Below, one piece after another: positions 61,435 through 64,000 of a DNA stretch of 64,000 nt. The notes under the pieces were generated by a model, which saw only the letters and a program-made list of their open reading frames with translations, had not been told where the DNA came from and ran no database searches. A program made the position numbers and the translations under genes. The stretch lies in the IMG/VR virus record IMGVR_UViG_3300045961_000282, positions 62,001 to 126,000 of that record. One strand, given 5' to 3'. The stretch's first letter is position 1. Every line of letters begins with the position of its first letter.

Positions 61435-61888
61435 CCGCGCGCTCCTGCGCCTCGGCGACGATCTGGCTCCACGGCTTGCCGATCCGCAGTCGGATGGTGG
61501 CCACCGACGGTGCGCGCTTGCCCTCCTTGCGCCGGGCGTCGATCCACGTGGTGAACGCGGCCAGTGACTTCCCCTCGCCGCTGCGCACCCACTGCGCCAC
61601 CCAGTCGAGGCACTCATTGGCGGTCCACTTGGGCTTCGGTCCGTTGAGGGACTTCGCCGCCTGCTCCTCGGAGATGCCCGCCGACACGCGCGCTTCGTTC
61701 CATGTGCGCCACGTGTAGGGCACGATGGCGGTGGAGGAGGGGATCCCCTTGCGGTCGGCCGGGGGGATCAGGTCGCGCCACGCGCGATAGGACACCGCCG
61801 ATGGGACCTGCCCGGTCTCCTTGAGGCACAATCGAAGCGATTTGATCGCCCGACTTTCCAAAGATTCCTGAACGGCCGCATGTGACAT
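61427..61888 (-). CDS. Homing-endonuclease-associated repeat (HNH_repeat-like) DNA-binding protein
   Basis: Two repeats: G.VPS...Y..W...PSS..I....TWNEA...AG and KWT..EC...PSVATI..R.G..W. Confidence 0.65.
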   Translation of the reverse strand: MSHAAVQESLESRAIKSLRLCLKETGQVPSAVSYRAWRDLIPPADRKGIPSSTAIVPYTWRTWNEARVSAGISEEQAAKSLNGPKPKWTANECLDWVAQWVRSGEGKSLAAFTTWIDARRKEGKRAPSVATIRLRIGKPWSQIVAEAQERAGA

Positions 61889-61894
61889 GGTGGA

Positions 61895-61903
61895 ATCATA
61901 GCA
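61895..61903 (-). promoter_or_regulatory. Extended -10 (TGcTATGAT) for a leaderless transcript
   Basis: TATGAT ends 6 nt before the ATG at 61888; no RBS present. Confidence 0.6.
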
Positions 61904-61990
61904 AACAAAACTAACCACGGACGGGAAGCAGCGGGGGTATGGTTCACGTCAGTGACGCACGACGTTCCCCGAGCCGATGGAGCACCTGCG

Positions 61991-62233
61991 ATGTTGCGCA
62001 AGCCTCGCGTGAAGAAGGCCGAACCGGCACCCGCCGCGAAGAAGCCTGCGCCCAAGCCCGAGCGGGCCGCCGTCCCCGCCACCCCGGCGTCACAGGCAAC
62101 CCCCGCCACCCCGGCGTCACAGGCAACCCCCGCCACCCCGGCGACACCACCGCCGCCGCCCGAGCCGCCGAAGCCCCCGGTGACTCCGCCTGCTGGCGAG
62201 CCGGTGTCCGACGAGGTCCCCCCGCTGCCCTGA
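61991..62233 (+). CDS. Lys/Pro/Ala-rich low-complexity protein
   Basis: ATG after GGAG; TGATG-coupled to the HNH gene. Confidence 0.55.
   Translation: MLRKPRVKKAEPAPAAKKPAPKPERAAVPATPASQATPATPASQATPATPATPPPPPEPPKPPVTPPAGEPVSDEVPPLP
62074..62143. repeat. 27-bp tandem repeat, about 2.6 copies (PATPASQAT)
   Basis: CCCCGCCACCCCGGCGTCACAGGCAAC at 62074 and 62101, partial copy at 62128. Confidence 0.85.
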
Positions 62234-62709
62234 TGAGGCCGCGCCGTCCGCGGGGGATGGTGTTCCGGGCCGACCCGTCGTCGCAGATGGCGGCCTACAT
62301 GGCCTACATGCGCTCCCCCGCGTGGCGGGCGTTCCGCGCCGCGTGGTTGGCGACGTACGACAGCAAGTACAAGGTGCGGCGGTGCTATGTCTGTCGCATC
62401 TCACAGGCCGAGTTCGGGAAGTCGTTGGATCTGCATCACCGCACGTATGAGCGGGTGGGGGGCAACGAGAGGTTCACGGATCTCGTGTTGGTGTGCCGTC
62501 CCTGCCATCGGCGCATCACCCGGGAGTGGCGCGCGCGGGGGAAGACCGGCCTCACCCTGACGCTGTGGGAACTGACGAGCCTGCACCGCGCGAGGGCGGG
62601 TAGCCCAAAATCCGGCGGCACTCATCGTCGTTCTTCGGGTGCCCCTTCCCCCGCGGGATCCCCAGCGCGTCGCAGCAGTGGGCGCAGCGCGGGGCGGAAA
62701 GCCGGGTGA
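62233..62709 (+). CDS. HNH endonuclease
   Basis: Y.AY.RSPAW...CYVC...LDLHHRTYERVG.E...DLVLVCRPCH. Confidence 0.85.
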   Translation: MRPRRPRGMVFRADPSSQMAAYMAYMRSPAWRAFRAAWLATYDSKYKVRRCYVCRISQAEFGKSLDLHHRTYERVGGNERFTDLVLVCRPCHRRITREWRARGKTGLTLTLWELTSLHRARAGSPKSGGTHRRSSGAPSPAGSPARRSSGRSAGRKAG

Positions 62710-62893
62710 ACAGGCCGGGCAGCGTCAGGTGCCCTGAGCGCCCACAGACGGTCACGCCGGGGCCTGAGGTCCAGTAGTCATCGGGGTCGTAGTGGTAGTC
62801 CTCGGCGCTGCGCACGGCGTGGATGGCACGCCAACTGGGCAGCATGGCCCACTCGGGCCACGTCGTGTCCCGGGCGGCGAGGAACGTGGCCAT
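62552..62893 (-). CDS. Cys/His-rich hypothetical protein
   Basis: IHAV...TVCG...APRCAHC; has its own leaderless promoter; overlaps the HNH 3' end. Confidence 0.6.
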   Translation of the reverse strand: MATFLAARDTTWPEWAMLPSWRAIHAVRSAEDYHYDPDDYWTSGPGVTVCGRSGHLTLPGLFTRLSAPRCAHCCDALGIPRGKGHPKNDDECRRILGYPPSRGAGSSVPTASG

Positions 62894-62923
62894 GCCCAAA
62901 GGTTAGCATGCTAAGATTCAAGA
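62894..62923. promoter_or_regulatory. Bidirectional leaderless promoter on the palindrome TTAGCATGCTAA
   Basis: TGcTAAGAT-N6-ATG on + (62924) and TGcTAACCT-N6-ATG on - (62893). Confidence 0.7.
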
Positions 62924-63127
62924 ATGGATCTGGTGCAGGAAGCCAAGGCTGCGGTCAAGGAACTGTGGGACCGCCACTGGGACGACAGGGACATCTATCC
63001 GCCGCCCACCGACCACGACATCGTTGTGGCAATTGTGCAACGGATCGAGCCGGTGATCCGTGCCAGCGAGCGGCAGCGGATCGTGGACGCGCAGTATGGG
63101 CCCGATGGGAGCCGGTGGAATGGCTGA
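62924..63127 (+). CDS. Hypothetical protein
   Basis: 67 aa with a leaderless start. Confidence 0.6.
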   Translation: MDLVQEAKAAVKELWDRHWDDRDIYPPPTDHDIVVAIVQRIEPVIRASERQRIVDAQYGPDGSRWNG

Positions 63128-63311
63128 GTACACGTGGAACCAGCCGATGTGCGATGCCTGCTGGCGGCGCGAGCGCGGCGAGCGCACCCCCGTGCGGGTC
63201 CGTGAGTCCGAACTGGAGCAGTGCGCCTTCTGTGGGTTCGGCACGTCGAGCGGCATCTACGTGCGACAGGACCCGCTGACCGTCAAGTATCCGCGGATCA
63301 AAGAGGACTGA
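63120..63311 (+). CDS. Small zinc-binding protein
   Basis: CDACW...CAFCG; overlaps both neighbours. Confidence 0.65.
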   Translation: MAEYTWNQPMCDACWRRERGERTPVRVRESELEQCAFCGFGTSSGIYVRQDPLTVKYPRIKED

Positions 63312-63574
63312 TGATCGAGTTCTGGTGGGAGGTCTTTCTGGGAATGCTGCTGGTCGCCTCACCTTTCCTGCTCATCTACGGCGGCGTCGCCATCTGGGCA
63401 GTGGTCGACCTGATCATCCAGCGGCGCCGATGTCCCGCATGCAAGGGTCACACCGCCGCCGTTCTGGCGGTCGGCCCCGACCTCTCCCTGTTGTGCAGTT
63501 ACCACAGGACTCGCCTGCGCATCATCGAGCGCAAGGAGGCTGAGGTGCTCGGCGAGTGGCCGAACATCTCCTGA
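63311..63574 (+). CDS. Small membrane protein with a CxxC...CxxH motif
   Basis: TGATG-coupled; hydrophobic N-terminal half, CPAC and CSYH. Confidence 0.6.
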   Translation: MIEFWWEVFLGMLLVASPFLLIYGGVAIWAVVDLIIQRRRCPACKGHTAAVLAVGPDLSLLCSYHRTRLRIIERKEAEVLGEWPNIS

Positions 63575-63575
63575 C

Positions 63576-64000
63576 CTACTCCATCGTCGCGGCGACGGCG
63601 TCCAACTGATCCGCCGAAGCCCGCAGCGCAGCCGCCTTGGCGCGCAGGTCCGCCACCGCTGGGTGCGGCTTGGACGTCTCCGGCTGCGGCTCGGGTTCCC
63701 ATGCGACCGAGCGCAGGAACTGGTCGCGGGCGATGACGCCCCATGAGGTCGGCTTGACGTTGCTCCCGTCGGTCAGGGCATTGACGTCGAACCACGGGCC
63801 GAACAGGAACGGGATGGCCCCGGCGAAGTTGGGTGAGTCCTTGAACCTGCTGGCGAAGAACGCACAGGCGTCCTTGGTCCACTGCTCGCTGACCGTGTCC
63901 GGCGTTCCGTTGTAGTTGCCGAACTCGCTCTCTTCCATGACGTGCTTGGTCGAGGTGCCGCCGTTGTCGGCGATCCACTTCGCCCGATCCCACTTCTTGT
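63576..64000 (-). CDS. C-terminal part of a gene entering from the right edge, possibly glycoside-hydrolase-like
   Basis: Frame open to base 64000 (KKWDRAKWIAD...SEFG...FAGAIPF). SEFG resembles a clan-A nucleophile strand, but this is weak. Confidence 0.5.
   Translation of the reverse strand, partial: KKWDRAKWIADNGGTSTKHVMEESEFGNYNGTPDTVSEQWTKDACAFFASRFKDSPNFAGAIPFLFGPWFDVNALTDGSNVKPTSWGVIARDQFLRSVAWEPEPQPETSKPHPAVADLRAKAAALRASADQLDAVAATME

Overview
64 kb of a high-GC (roughly 65-70% by eye) tailed phage, most likely a large actinobacterial siphovirus. Almost the whole virion operon lies on the minus strand. Read right to left it contains: portal, a small head-associated protein, a 3976-aa polyvalent protein (DEDDh exonuclease, tandem wHTH, SH3-like and two GNAT-like domains), two small coupled genes, a capsid maturation protease fused to a 2H phosphoesterase, hexamer- and pentamer-type capsid proteins, major tail protein, adaptor and neck genes interleaved with collagen fibres, tail chaperones with a likely -1 frameshift, a tape measure protein with an M23 peptidase, tail tip proteins and a modular fibre/adhesin array that runs off the left edge. 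The right end holds tRNA-Leu(CAA), HTH and HNH genes and small zinc-binding genes. I saw no terminase, integrase, lysis cassette or CRISPR array. Four unexplained signals stand out. (1) The octamer RTATGGTT occurs about 22 times by hand count, across reading frames and on promoters. (2) A 43-aa gene is nested out of frame inside the giant gene. (3) A portal-to-protease cargo block shares an RDxxGRF motif and carries candidate anti-defence and toxin-immunity modules. (4) Three fibre genes are each followed by a triple-Trp partner gene. All functional calls come from motif recognition by eye; no database searches were run. Many start codons were moved from the ORF track using RBS and stop/start coupling.
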